Source of the DNA: Proteromonas lacertae | Lineage: Eukaryota | DNA length: 64,000 bases | Assembly: GCA_002245135.1 (NCBI GenBank) | Contig: NGBS01000013.1 | Span: 62,001 to 126,000, forward strand | Direction of reading: 5' to 3' | Shown: piece after piece, positions 1 through 13,415 of the stretch | Position numbering within the stretch: position 1 is the stretch's first letter | Layout: each line of letters starts with the position of its first letter | Notes under the pieces: generated by a model | What the model saw: the letters and a program-made list of their open reading frames with translations, nothing else | The model's database searches: none | What the model was told of the DNA's origin: nothing | Translations under genes and position numbers: made by a program

Positions 1-1199
1 ATCTTCATAAACTGAATCTATTATTATATAATATATTAATAATACGATTGTTTGTTATTGTTGTATTGTTTATATTAGTTGATTCAATTGAAGTATTTGT
101 ATTTGTTATTTTATTTTTATTGGCATTTATAACTGGTAAAGAACCTGACGAATATTGAATTACTCTTATTTTATTATTACCACTATCACACTATTTTCAT
201 TATATTATTATATTGATATACAACAAATAAATTCATTTGATATTCTATTAAGCTTATTCCAATTGGACTACTAAATTCACAACTACTCGCTTTACCATCT
301 ACATAACCACTATGACCATTTCCACAATAAGTATTTATTATTCCACTACTCAAATCTATATATCTTATTGTATCACTCATTTCACTTAATAATAATCCAT
401 TTGAAAATATACATAATCTTCGAGGATAATATAATTTACATTCATTAAATGAACCATTTTTATATCCACTCTCACCATTTCCTACTAAGGTTTTCACTCT
501 CTTCATTTTTAAATCAATTAAACGAATTACATGATTAAAACAATCACAAACATATAATTTGTTATTATTGTATATTATTCCATCAGGATGATTAAATATT
601 GATTCATTAAAACTTCCATCTATTAAACTATATTCTTCTTCATTATTATTATTATTATTTTCATAATCTTTTCTATATCCATTACCTATTGTATCAATAT
701 AATTTCCATTACTTAAACATATTATCACTATTCCATTATCACTTGTTATATATAATTCATCGTTATTTATTGACATACATCGAGGATTTAATAACATTGG
801 ATAACTTTCATTATTTCCATATAATACTTCAACTTCTTCTGTTTTGCTTGAATAACTTAAAATTCGATTATTTCCTGTATCACTTATTAAGTAAAACATT
901 TCGTCATTTTTACTATAACATACAATGTCTGAAGGATGACAAAACTCAACGGAAGAACTAATACCACTTTCTTCACCTACTAAACCACTTCCTATTATTG
1001 TACCACATTTAGGGGTTTCACCTATTCCACTAATTTTTCGAATGTTGTTATTATCAAAATCACTTATTAATAAACACTCATTTTTGAAATCGTAACATAT
1101 TCCACATGGTGAACCAAATTCACAAACATCATAATCTCCATCATTCATACCATACTCATTACCCATCAAAGTTAATACTTCTCCTTTTAAAACGTTCAT
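1..1199 (-). CDS. NHL-repeat beta-propeller protein, duplicate copy, 3' part runs off the window
   Basis: NHL motifs FGSPCGI, FCHPSDI, SDTGNNRI, FNHPDGI, CDCFNHVIR; mirror of 10884-12082. Confidence 0.8.
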
Positions 1200-1899
1200 T
1201 TTTCAAAAAATATTATCAAGCTTTTATCAAACATATTCAAAAATAAAATCGAAATTAATGATGAATGAGATTGGTTATTATGATGATAACTTTATATACA
1301 TATGTTTTAAGTTGAATGAGTTACATTTATAAGAATTATGTTTATTAAAATAGAAAATGACAAAAAACATTAAAAGAACAACAATATGATCTATTCAATA
1401 TTAGAGAACTGTTTTGATAATTCTATATTTTCTTCTTCTACAATTCCTGTTAGTTTCATTATTTCAATTGATTAAAACTCTTCTAAAAATGATTGTAATT
1501 CTGTTTTATCTATATTTTCTTTCACTGTTATTGACAAGTCATCTAAATTATCAAACAGGTTTTGGTTTTCTATCATCAATCTCAGCACTTCTTCATTTAA
1601 TTCATTTTCTGATAGATTCAACTTTCTCATTTTTTTTCTTTTCTTTTATTCATTCATTCTGTTTTTTATATCTTATACACTTTATTATTTCTATTCGATA
1701 AAAAACACTCACTTCTTTCATACTCTCTTTCAACACTTCACATACCTATTTCTAAATTATATTATGCTCATACATTCATGTCCATATTAACACTAGTTTT
1801 TAAATCATCAAAGATACTCTCAATTTCATTGTACATTTCTAATACACATTATTTGTATTGAGTGTATTATTTTGTATTGGATTATATATAAGTAAATAA

Positions 1900-3246
1900 A
1901 TGGATTTTGATGAAGAAAGTAATAATGATGATAATGTAGATGAAGAAATCGAAGATATGTTAATAAATGGTGAAAGAAGTGAAGAAGTAGTAAATGAAGA
2001 ATATATGACAGTAAATGATGGTATAATACATGAGAATAATGAAGAAATGAAAATATTATCGAATGTGAAGAATGAGTATGTCCATTTACTTGAAAGAGTG
2101 AAAATGAAGATAAATGAAACATTAAATAGTAAGAGATTAAATGATGTAGTTGGAAGAGATAATAATATAAGAAGTGAAGTGAGTAATAGCAGTTTATTTG
2201 GTAAATCTTTTCGAAAACCTTATTTCATACTGAAGAATGGTGATTCATTTCGACCAATAATATGTGTAAATAATCAGAGTAATGAAGAGTTAATAAATCG
2301 AAAATGGAGTGAAAAAGAAAAAGTCGAATTAAAGAAAAGTGTATTAAAACATGAACAAAAATATTTATTAGATAATTATATGAATGGAATAAGTAATATG
2401 AATGATGGAAGAATGAATAGTAACGATATAGAAGATATTGAAAATAAAATGAAAAATTTAAAAGAAATGAAAGTAGAAAGTGAATTATTAGGTCATTTAA
2501 ACTGGAATAGTATTTGTAATGATTTAGAAAATCGAAATAAAAGTGAATGTTATATCTATTATCACTACAATTGTGATGATAATTTAAACAAAGAAAAATG
2601 GAATGAAAAAGAAGAGATTTTGTTAATGAAATTAGTGGAAAAATATAATGGTTGTAATTGGTTAAAAATCAGTATAGAATTAGGAAGAAATCGAAGTGCA
2701 ATTGAATGTTTAAAACATTATCAAAGATATTTGAATCGTGTGTTATGTAAAGGTGAATGGAGTAAAAGTGAAGATGATATGTTAATGAAATATGTTTCAA
2801 AATATGGTGAAAATTGGTTAAAAATTTCAAAAATGATAGAAGGACGAAATCCTCAACTATGTAGTTGTAGATATCGAATAATAAAGAATAAATGCAGAAA
2901 ACTGTATAATATCTATATATATATATATAATATGAATAATAGAGGAATATGGAATAAAAAAGACACAATAAAATTATTATGTGGAATGAAAATATATGGT
3001 GATCAATGGATAAAAATAAGTGAATTATTTGAAGATCGAAGTGATATTCAATGTCGACAGAAATGGGAGAGTTTAAATCCGAAGATGATAAGAGAGAAGT
3101 GGTGTGAAGAAGAAGATGAATTATTATTGAAATTATATAAAGAAGAAAAAGGAAGTTGGATCAAAATTTCAAAAATATTAGTAAATCGAAGTAGTCGTCA
3201 ATGTAAACAGAGATATAAATATTTAGAAAGTAAAAAGTTAATATAA
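1900..3246 (+). CDS. SNAPC4: Multi-Myb-repeat protein, SNAPc subunit 4 (SNAP190)-like, copy 1; in-frame 39-nt intron 2904-2942
   Basis: FRKPYF motif followed by ~4.5 Myb repeats (NWNSI...KWNEKEE...NWLKIS.ELG.NRSAIECL; WSKSEDD; WCEEEDE), the SNAP190 arrangement. Confidence 0.75.
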   Translation: MDFDEESNNDDNVDEEIEDMLINGERSEEVVNEEYMTVNDGIIHENNEEMKILSNVKNEYVHLLERVKMKINETLNSKRLNDVVGRDNNIRSEVSNSSLFGKSFRKPYFILKNGDSFRPIICVNNQSNEELINRKWSEKEKVELKKSVLKHEQKYLLDNYMNGISNMNDGRMNSNDIEDIENKMKNLKEMKVESELLGHLNWNSICNDLENRNKSECYIYYHYNCDDNLNKEKWNEKEEILLMKLVEKYNGCNWLKISIELGRNRSAIECLKHYQRYLNRVLCKGEWSKSEDDMLMKYVSKYGENWLKISKMIEGRNPQLCSCRYRIIKNKCRKLYNIYIYIYNMNNRGIWNKKDTIKLLCGMKIYGDQWIKISELFEDRSDIQCRQKWESLNPKMIREKWCEEEDELLLKLYKEEKGSWIKISKILVNRSSRQCKQRYKYLESKKLI

Positions 3247-3469
3247 TAGTTTGTATGATGTTATTTATAGTTTTATTCAAAATAAAAATGATATATATCC
3301 GTTTCAAAAATATATAATTCTAAAATGTCAGTTCTTATTTAGAAGAAAGTGTACTTAATTACAATGACAATATATTTAAATTAAGGTAATATCATCTGCT
3401 GTTAAGAAAAACAAACATGTAAAAAAGAGTTGTTTCAAAAATATATTCGTTTTGAACACTATTTTAGAA

Positions 3470-5570
3470 ATGTCTTTTGTTCTTCATTGTAGAGGAGCAA
3501 AACTACCTGAAAATGAAGCCATATACTATACAGATAAAGTTATTATTCCAGAACATTTTTTTGAAGAATTTAGAAGTACAATTCTAAATTCTGGTCAAAT
3601 AATTTTTAAAATAACCAATATTAGAAATAATAAAAGTATATTATCAGGATTACACGAGTTTGGTGAATCATGTTATGCAATACTACCAAAATACATCAAA
3701 GAACAGTTAGAATTAGAAGAAGATGATTATTGTGATTTTAAGCCAACAATTTTACAAAAAATAGAAAGTGCAATATTCCAGCCACTCACGTATTTACATT
3801 AAATTGTAATAATTATTATGTAGGAAAGATTTTATAGAATCTGTTGGTACAAATGATGCTGTTCCAATATTGGAACAATCTCTTTCAAACTATACAACTT
3901 TATCTAAAAATCAAATACTGCCTATAAGATACTGTAATAGAGATTACATGTTAAAAGTGGTAGAATTACCTCCCAGTTACAACAGTGTATGGATTACTGG
4001 ATGTTCTTTTACAGTATTTATATAAATAATGATTATTTTTATTGGTAGATTGACTTGCTAGAATCAGCAGATGGAAAACAACCAATAAAACTAAATTATT
4101 TAAAACCAAATAATCTAATAGAGAATACATTATCATCTATTAATGAAAAATGTTATTATTATATCACTTTAAATAATGAAAAGCCATTACAAGAAATATT
4201 ATTAGAAATAGTTGAAGGTGATGCTGATATATTTGTATCTTTTAAGTATATATATATATTGTAACATTTATAATGGAAAATAGTGAATGTCATCCAGATT
4301 ATAATTGTTATAGTCAATGTAATATTTCTACAGAAAAGAATAAAAAAATAGATATTAACATAAGCCAACAGAATAACAAAAATAGTCTATATATTTCAAT
4401 TATCCCATACAAATCAAATGAATGTAAATATAGATTAATAGCATATGATATAACTGAATTATTCAATTATAATATTGATGATGATGACGATACTATAGAG
4501 AATAAAGATGAAAATAAGAAATATGTATATGTTTTTGTTTATATTTCTATTTAATTAGTGTGAATCTTGCGGAAAATATATTCCTATTAATACATATGAA
4601 ATGCATTGTCTGAGATGCGAGAAATATATAAAACAATGTAATACATGTGGATATAAAGGTAATATGGAATCGATTACTAAACATGAAGAAATATATCATA
4701 AAATAATAAAGTGTAAATTATGTGATATAGATGTTGAGTGTTTTAAAATACCATATCATTTGTATTTATAACATATTATTAATATTTAATAATAGAGAAA
4801 AGGAGTGTATTTTTCGAAGAATACAATGTGAATATTGTAGTGTTGATATACCATTTATTGAATTTGAGAATCATGAAATGTATTGCTCAAGTCAAACTGT
4901 AAAATGTGATTATTGTAGTGAATACATAATATTATCAAATTATAAACAACATTTGGCAATGAAACATAATATCAATGTATATATTATATTTTTGTTATAT
5001 TTATAATATTATTATTAGCCATATTTATCTTCATCAAATTCAATGATAGCTGAAGAATTATCAAGAAAGAATAATAATAATAATAATAATAATGTATTTA
5101 CCTGCCCAGATTGTAAAGATATATTTGAAAGTATGGATGAATTGAATGTATAATTATTTCATTTTATTGCTATTAGAGTCATCTATCTGATAGTAATTAT
5201 AGAAAACCAAAAATCTTAGAAAAATATATACTGAATATAGAAAACAAGAACAACAACAACTCTTGTAGTTTCAATACTGTTGATAGTAAAGAAATAGTGG
5301 TTAAACTCTACAATGAACAATTTAAAAGGCATAATTTGAGTTGGAGAATTATGATGAAAGATATTTTATATTCAAATGATTTATTAGTTGATGAATTGGT
5401 GAATCATGATAGAGATAAAGAAGATGAAATTGAGTGTGAAGGATGTTCTTTGAAAGTGAATTTGAAATATCTTCAAGTATATTTTAATTCTTTTTTAGTG
5501 TATATAGTGTCATTTCAATACTTGTCCAAAGAAATTGAAATGGAAATATGATCAATTGAAGAATAGATAA
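3470..5570 (+). CDS. UFD1-like domain plus TRAF-type zinc-finger repeat protein (multi-exon)
   Basis: N-terminal DKVIIP...IFKITN...SGLHEF...AILPKYI...L.LEE (UFD1-like). C-terminal CxxC...HxxxC repeats (CEYC...HEMYC, CDYC...HLAMKH). ORF pieces are linked by short GT-AG introns. Confidence 0.65.
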
Positions 5571-5643
5571 TATATTTTTTGCTTTTGTTTTAAATACTTT
5601 TTTTTAATAACAAAATAAATCAAAAATACTCTTATTAACTTTT

Positions 5644-7150
5644 CTAAATACTATCATTACTTTTCACTATCTTTTTAAATTCTACTGAATTTGGTAGAAC
5701 ATATGCTCCAATAGATGTAGCAATGTAAATATAAGATATAATACGAAAAAGAAATGTATAATTAAATGGATATCCTAAAATATTATTCTCACTCCAAGCA
5801 AATATATTAGCACCAAAATATGGACCAATTGATCTACAAGCTCCACTTAACGTTTGACCAATAGCATTTGCTTTACTCTTTTGTTCTGGAAGACATGAAT
5901 TATTCAATAATACTATAACACTAGTAAAACACATAACTCTAAATAGCTGTAGAAAACCATAAGTTATTGAAATAATTACTGTTAAATACTATATATAATT
6001 ACAAAAATTAATAATATATAATTATACTGTTGTTTCTAAATAATTAAAACATGATAATAATGGGAAAAAGTATGTAATAACACATACAATTATTGCGTTA
6101 TAAACCATACCCATCCTATATCCAAACCAACTAATCCATTTAGGATAAAAGAACAACAATCCCAACAACTGAATTGGCGAGGAAAACAAATATATTAATC
6201 CTATTCTGCTTGAATCATAGGCAAATCCTCCATTCTCTTTTGGATTCAGTAAATATAATGGAAGGACTTCATCCATTGAAGATCCATGAATACCCATTAT
6301 TGCATATAAACAACAAGATATCATAATATCTCGATTAATAAATAGAGAGAAATATGAATAATCACTATTTAAAAATAAAAACAATATATTATACTTTCTT
6401 TTTTTACCTTTTCTTTTCTTCAACTTCATTCTAGCTTTAATTTCAGGTGTAAGAGTTTCTATTATTGATATATAGGCGATTATAAAACCAATAACAGAAA
6501 ATACTGAACAAACACTACAAGCAACAAGATATGGAAAATCTTTTACAATTTTAAAATGATTGATTAAATATTTAATATTGTTTTTATTTCCTAAAAATCC
6601 ACCGATCACTGGACCTACTATTCTACCAACTGCATCCATTGCTCCTAATATTGTAAATCCTTTAGATTGATGTTCATTCTCTAATATTTCTGATAAATAA
6701 GTCTTTGCTACACCTACATTTCCATTTAAGATTTCCCACAAAAATCTTGATATAATTGCCCATGTATAATTCATTGAAAAACCAAAAAGTAATGTGCTAC
6801 AGAACGTACCAATAATTCCAGATAATAAGGCAAATCTTCTTCCGAATATATCAGCAATATAACCCCATATAATACTTCCACAAAATTGACCTATATTGAA
6901 GGATGCTCCTAATGTACCTACTTTGTAACCTAGTTCTGTATCTTCTAACTAATATGTAATATTAATAAAGAACAAAAAATACTTGCGGAAAGAAGTCTTT
7001 GATCATAAATGGAATAAATGGATATACTAACTGCATACTAACATAATTGATAAATAATGTAATAGCAACTGTTGCTACTTTCAAAAATGGGAATTTCGAA
7101 ACTTCCTTTTTAATTTCTGGAGAATTTGGTGTATCAGGAGATGAATTCAT
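5644..7150 (-). CDS. Major facilitator superfamily transporter (ZIFL/tetracycline-efflux-like)
   Basis: WGYIADIFGRR motif A in the exon at ~6830-6870, SRFLW..LNGNVGVAKTYLSEI, GPVIGGFL; multiple hydrophobic helices. Confidence 0.85.
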
Positions 7151-7315
7151 GTATTTTGTTACTTAATACAAAAATTACAAACAAACACAGAAAATAAATA
7201 CAAAAATACAATTCTTTTGATCAAACCTATCCAAGCATTTTTTAATTTTTTTTTTCATACAATAAACAATTTAATCATTGACATTAATGTTAGAAATATA
7301 TATATAACTATCTTA

Positions 7316-8759
7316 TCACTTTTTATTCCATATCTCATTCATATCAACTAAATCAGATTCTTCAACAATTCCTAAACACTTTCTAGCTTCACTCATCACA
7401 AAAAAACTTCCACAAATCACAATAACCTGGTTTTTATCAATATTGCTTGAAATAATTGACTTTATACTATAAATTGAATTTTCAACATCTTTAGAAACAA
7501 CAGTATCAGGAATTGAAGAGAAATTATCATTATTAGCAATCTCTTTGAACTGTTCCAACAAATATTGAGGATCAGCAGATCTTTCATTTTGAGACTTTGT
7601 AAAAACAATACTTTTTAAATTTTTCATTTTTAAAATTTCTTTTAAGTTATTTTTACAATCTTTATCAACGCACATTCCTACAATTACATGATAAATAATA
7701 TCTTTGTTTTCTTTTAAATCATATTTTAATAAATCATGAATCATATACTCAAATGCATGAGGGTTATGACAAGCATCACATAATATTTCTATTGATTTGT
7801 CTTTATTCAATTTAGATGGGAAAAAAGAGGGAGAAATTAACGAAGTAATCCATTCAAATCTACAGCTTGGTCTAATTGACAATATATCATCTATATCATC
7901 ATTTATTTTTAGCTTTTTATCTATTATTTATTACATAAAAACAAATTATTATATATATACCATTTTGACACAGTATTTCAATACACTTTTTACATATTCG
8001 AATATTTTCCTCATCATAACTACAATCTTCTTTTATAGATACTGGATAAAATGGAGAATTGTGATCTTTTGATATTGAGCACAATAAATCTATTGGACAA
8101 TGAGGACCACACACGATTGGTTTCTATAACTATTAATAATTATCATATACATTATCTTTGATAATTCCTGCTTTTTCCTTACATATTTCTTCTACTGTAG
8201 ATCCCAATATTTTTGTATGATCCAACGATACAGATGTAATAACAGAAATCTCAGGAATGACAATATTTGTAGCATCATTTTTACCACCTAATCCAACTTC
8301 AATTACAGCATAATCAGTTTTCTTTAATTTGAAAAATAATAGTGATAATAAAAATAAAGTCTATCACAATATATTTTTTATAGTATACTTCAAAGTATGT
8401 TACTTCGATGTGATTATTTTCTGAGACATTGAATATTTCTTCAAGCAATGGTATTGACTCTTCTTCTGTTATCATTTTACCATCAACAATAATACGCTCC
8501 CTAAATGTATTAACATGAGGAGAGAGAAAAGTTCCAGTACAATAGCTACTTATTATTTTCACAAAATATACCCAAAATGTCTCAAATAGTATGATAATTT
8601 TGTTACTACTGATCCTTTACCATTCGTGCCTGCTACATGAATGATTTTTGCTGATTTGCGAGGAACATTCAACAATTTTGCCATGGCTTCAATTCTATCT
8701 AATCCAAATACCACACCACGCATAAATCGAAGATCTGATAATTTATTTAGAACTGACAT
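7316..8759 (-). CDS. folC: Folylpolyglutamate synthase / dihydrofolate synthase
   Basis: IIHVAGTNGKGS P-loop, SPHV.TFRERI, AVIEVGLGG..DATN, LDHTKILG...EKAGIIK, DACHNP, ICGSFFV. Confidence 0.92.
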
Positions 8760-8837
8760 TTTAGAATTATATATTTTTGAAACGGATATATATCATTTTT
8801 ATTTTGAATAAAACTATAAATAACATCATACAAACTA

Positions 8838-10184
8838 TTATATTAACTTTTTACTTTCTAAATATTTATATCTCTGTTTACATTGACGACTACTTCGATT
8901 TACTAATATTTTTGAAATTTTGATCCAACTTCCTTTTTCTTCTTTATATAATTTCAATAATAATTCATCTTCTTCTTCACACCACTTCTCTCTTATCATC
9001 TTCGGATTTAAACTCTCCCATTTCTGTCGACATTGAATATCACTTCGATCTTCAAATAATTCACTTATTTTTATCCATTGATCACCATATATTTTCATTC
9101 CACATAATAATTTTATTGTGTCTTTTTTATTCCATATTCCTCTATTATTCATATTATATATATATATATAGATATTATACAGTTTTCTGCATTTATTCTT
9201 TATTATTCGATATCTACAACTACATAGTTGAGGATTTCGTCCTTCTATCATTTTTGAAATTTTTAACCAATTTTCACCATATTTTGAAACATATTTCATT
9301 AACATATCATCTTCACTTTTACTCCATTCACCTTTACATAACACACGATTCAAATATCTTTGATAATGTTTTAAACATTCAATTGCACTTCGATTTCTTC
9401 CTAATTCTATACTGATTTTTAACCAATTACAACCATTATATTTTTCCACTAATTTCATTAACAAAATCTCTTCTTTTTCATTCCATTTTTCTTTGTTTAA
9501 ATTATCATCACAATTGTAGTGATAATAGATATAACATTCACTTTTATTTCGATTTTCTAAATCATTACAAATACTATTCCAGTTTAAATGACCTAATAAT
9601 TCACTTTCTACTTTCATTTCTTTTAAATTTTTCATTTTATTTTCAATATCTTCTATATCGTTACTATTCATTCTTCCATCATTCATATTACTTATTCCAT
9701 TCATATAATTATCTAATAAATATTTTTGTTCATGTTTTAATACACTTTTCTTTAATTCGACTTTTTCTTTTTCACTCCATTTTCGATTTATTAACTCTTC
9801 ATTACTCTGATTATTTACACATATTATTGGTCGAAATGAATCACCATTCTTCAGTATGAAATAAGGTTTTCGAAAAGATTTACCAAATAAACTGCTATTA
9901 CTCACTTCACTTCTTATATTATTATCTCTTCCAACTACATCATTTAATCTCTTACTATTTAATGTTTCATTTATCTTCATTTTCACTCTTTCAAGTAAAT
10001 GGACATACTCATTCTTCACATTCGATAATATTTTCATTTCTTCATTATTCTCATGTATTATACCATCATTTACTGTCATATATTCTTCATTTACTACTTC
10101 TTCACTTCTTTCACCATTTATTAACATATCTTCGATTTCTTCATCTACATTATCATCATTATTACTTTCTTCATCAAAATCCAT
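8838..10184 (-). CDS. SNAPC4: SNAPC4-like Myb-repeat protein, copy 2
   Basis: Translation identical to 1900-3246. Confidence 0.75.
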   Translation of the reverse strand: MDFDEESNNDDNVDEEIEDMLINGERSEEVVNEEYMTVNDGIIHENNEEMKILSNVKNEYVHLLERVKMKINETLNSKRLNDVVGRDNNIRSEVSNSSLFGKSFRKPYFILKNGDSFRPIICVNNQSNEELINRKWSEKEKVELKKSVLKHEQKYLLDNYMNGISNMNDGRMNSNDIEDIENKMKNLKEMKVESELLGHLNWNSICNDLENRNKSECYIYYHYNCDDNLNKEKWNEKEEILLMKLVEKYNGCNWLKISIELGRNRSAIECLKHYQRYLNRVLCKGEWSKSEDDMLMKYVSKYGENWLKISKMIEGRNPQLCSCRYRIIKNKCRKLYNIYIYIYNMNNRGIWNKKDTIKLLCGMKIYGDQWIKISELFEDRSDIQCRQKWESLNPKMIREKWCEEEDELLLKLYKEEKGSWIKISKILVNRSSRQCKQRYKYLESKKLI

Positions 10185-10247
10185 TTATTTACTTATATAT
10201 AATCCAATACAAAATAATACACTCAATACAAATAATGTGTATTAGAA

Positions 10248-10611
10248 ATGTACAATGAAATTGAGAGTATCTTTGATGATTTAAAAACTAGTGTTAATAT
10301 GGACATGAATGTATGAGCATAATATAATTTAGAAATAGGTATGTGAAGTGTTGAAAGAGAGTATGAAAGAAGTGAGTGTTTTTTATCGAATAGAAATAAT
10401 AAAGTGTATAAGATATAAAAAACAGAATGAATGAATAAAAGAAAAGAAAAAAATGAGAAAGTTGAATCTATCAGAAAATGAATTAAATGAAGAAGTGCTG
10501 AGATTGATGATAGAAAACCAAAACCTGTTTGATAATTTAGATGACTTGTCAATAACAGTGAAAGAAAATATAGATAAAACAGAATTACAATCATTTTTAG
10601 AAGAGTTTTAA
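10248..10611 (+). pseudogene. Small, possibly degenerate LRR-like gene (mirror copy ~1473-1836 minus)
   Basis: ATG-led exon MYNEIESIFDDLKTSVNMDMN, a GT-AG intron, and a later segment MRKLNLSENELNEEVL (LxLxxNxL). The splice path is unclear and the 1-nt indel between the two arms lies here. Confidence 0.35.
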
Positions 10612-10883
10612 TCAATTGAAATAATGAAACTAACAGGAATTGTAGAAGAAGAAAATATAGAATTATCAAAACAGTTCTCTAATATTGAATAGATCATATT
10701 GTTGTTCTTTTAATGTTTTTTGTCATTTTCTATTTTAATAAACATAATTCTTATAAATGTAACTCATTCAACTTAAAACATATGTATATAAAGTTATCAT
10801 CATAATAACCAATCTCATTCATCATTAATTTCGATTTTATTTTTGAATATGTTTGATAAAAGCTTGATAATATTTTTTGAAAA

Positions 10884-12735
10884 ATGAACGTTTTAAAAGG
10901 AGAAGTATTAACTTTGATGGGTAATGAGTATGGTATGAATGATGGAGATTATGATGTTTGTGAATTTGGTTCACCATGTGGAATATGTTACGATTTCAAA
11001 AATGAGTGTTTATTAATAAGTGATTTTGATAATAACAACATTCGAAAAATTAGTGGAATAGGTGAAACCCCTAAATGTGGTACAATAATAGGAAGTGGTT
11101 TAGTAGGTGAAGAAAGTGGTATTAGTTCTTCCGTTGAGTTTTGTCATCCTTCAGACATTGTATGTTATAGTAAAAATGACGAAATGTTTTACTTAATAAG
11201 TGATACAGGAAATAATCGAATTTTAAGTTATTCAAGCAAAACAGAAGAAGTTGAAGTATTATATGGAAATAATGAAAGTTATCCAATGTTATTAAATCCT
11301 CGATGTATGTCAATAAATAACGATGAATTATATATAACAAGTGATAATGGAATAGTGATAATATGTTTAAGTAATGGAAATTATATTGATACAATAGGTA
11401 ATGGATATAGAAAAGATTATGAAAATAATAATAATAATAATGAAGAAGAATATAGTTTAATAGATGGAAGTTTTAATGAATCAATATTTAATCATCCTGA
11501 TGGAATAATATACAATAATAACAAATTATATGTTTGTGATTGTTTTAATCATGTAATTCGTTTAATTGATTTAAAAATGAAGAGAGTGAAAACCTTAGTA
11601 GGGAATGGTGAGAGTGGATATAAAAATGGTTCATTTAATGAATGTAAATTATATTATCCTCGAAGATTATGTATATTTTCAAATGGATTATTATTAAGTG
11701 AAATGAGTGATACAATAAGATATATAGATTTGAGTAGTGGAATAATAAATACTTATTGTGGAAATGGTCATAGTGGTTATGTAGATGGTAAAGCGAGTAG
11801 TTGTGAATTTAGTAGTCCAATTGGAATAAGCTTAATAGAATATCAAATGAATTTATTTGTTGTATATCAATATAATAATATAATGAAAATAGTGTGATAG
11901 TGGTAATAATAAAATAAGAGTAATTCAATATTCGTCAGGTTCTTTACCAGTTATAAATGCCAATAAAAATAAAATAACAAATACAAATACTTCAATTGAA
12001 TCAACTAATATAAACAATACAACAATAACAAACAATCGTATTATTAATATATTATATAATAATAGATTCAGTTTATGAAGATCAATATAATAATATAATG
12101 AAAGATATGTTGATAAAATCAAAGTATATAATATAATTAATTTATATATTTTAGATGTTTATTACAAGGATATGATATGCAATTAATAAGAAAGAAATAC
12201 AATTCAAAGAAAGTAAATACGTCCTTAATTCCCTTATTTCGAGGAATTGCGATAATTACTCATCAAAATAAGCCAAATACAGTTGAAGAATGTACCAATA
12301 TGTTATTACAACCCAATTTCTTATCATTAATGAATAATTTGAGATTTAATAATATAAGATACAGTAATAACGATTATTCTCAATTAATCATAGTAATAAA
12401 ACAGATTCATAATAATAAAATATATAATGTAAATAATAATAATAATAATAATAATAATATATTTAAATAGATAGCTGAATTCTCAACCTTAGTAAAATGG
12501 TTAGAAAGTATGGAAAAGATATTATATTATTATATTAATCATTAGTATAATATAATTATGTGTTATATATATTTATAGTGAGACAAGTCATGAAAGTGTA
12601 TATAAAAGAAATGAAGATAATGAGAGTAAGAATATGGATATATAAAAAGAAAAAGTGAAAGAATTAATAAAACATATAGAAGAAGGTGAAGAATATGAAT
12701 CTGATTTATTATCTCTCAAACCATTAGTTATATAA
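10884..12735 (+). CDS. NHL-repeat protein with C-terminal extension (multi-exon; 3' end approximate)
   Basis: NHL repeats; an intron at ~11862-11892 restores NLFV|CDSGNNKIR; further short exons follow to ~12735. Confidence 0.7.
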
Positions 12736-12853
12736 TCTAATAATAATAATATATTGATGTTGTATGAAGGGTATTTTGAATGAAATATTGATTAATAGAA
12801 ATGACATAGATATTCAAACTTAGATATCAAGCTTTTTTCTATTTTTGAGAATT

Positions 12854-13341
12854 ATGAATATAGAACAAGAAGAAATAAATGAATCGTTAGATAGATTACT
12901 CGTAAATATTATATTTACATTAGATAAAGTAGAAATAATCCGTAAAAAGATAGATGAAGCTTATAAGTATGATTATGTCTAATTTATATTATACTACAGA
13001 AATGGTCAATACAATTTATTACTGTCTAAACAATTTTCACTCCAAAAATCTGAAATAAATTCCTTATTCTATCCTTCAATTATTAATCCTTCTATATTGG
13101 TAAATAAATCGTATATTCGTATTTTATAATGTTTTTATATAGTGATAAAAATAGTTATACAATCCAGCATGTAAATGTTGATAAGGATCCTTTGTTATGG
13201 TTTGGTTGTCTCACATCTCCTTCTCTTCGAACATGCCAAAATGACTTCAAAGAAGTAATAGAAAGTTCTATAGAGTTATCCAACTTGCATATTAGGTTAG
13301 AGATATTAATTTCACAATATAATCTATTAAAAGCTAAATAA
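12854..13341 (+). CDS. CCDC115: V-ATPase assembly factor CCDC115/Vma22-like
   Basis: C-terminal KDPLLWFGCLTSPSLRTCQNDFK matches the DPL.WFG.L.P.SLR.AQ..F signature; N-terminal helical exon. Confidence 0.75.
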
Positions 13342-13415
13342 TAACTCAATACATTTATTAAGAGTATATATACCTATAAAAACATAATTATAAAAGAAAA
13401 AAAACATAATTAAAA

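Larger units (their letters stand above)
1..3335. repeat. Left arm of a large, near-perfect inverted duplication (partner 8749-12082); may extend beyond the window's left edge
   Basis: ORFs 186-1199(-) and 1900-3246(+) translate identically to 10884-11897(+) and 8838-10184(-). Position 1 pairs with 12082. Identity stops after ATGTCAGTTCT at 3335. Confidence 0.97.
8749..12082. repeat. Right arm of the inverted duplication (partner 1-3335)
   Basis: Reverse complement of 1-3335. By eye I found only a 1-nt indel in a T/A tract (~1630 / ~10450) and one synonymous change (~480 / ~11603). Confidence 0.97.

Noticed and set aside
1..12082. Inverted repeats as transposon terminal repeats
   Set aside because: The arms consist of ordinary host genes; no transposase, integrase or target-site duplication is evident in either spacer.
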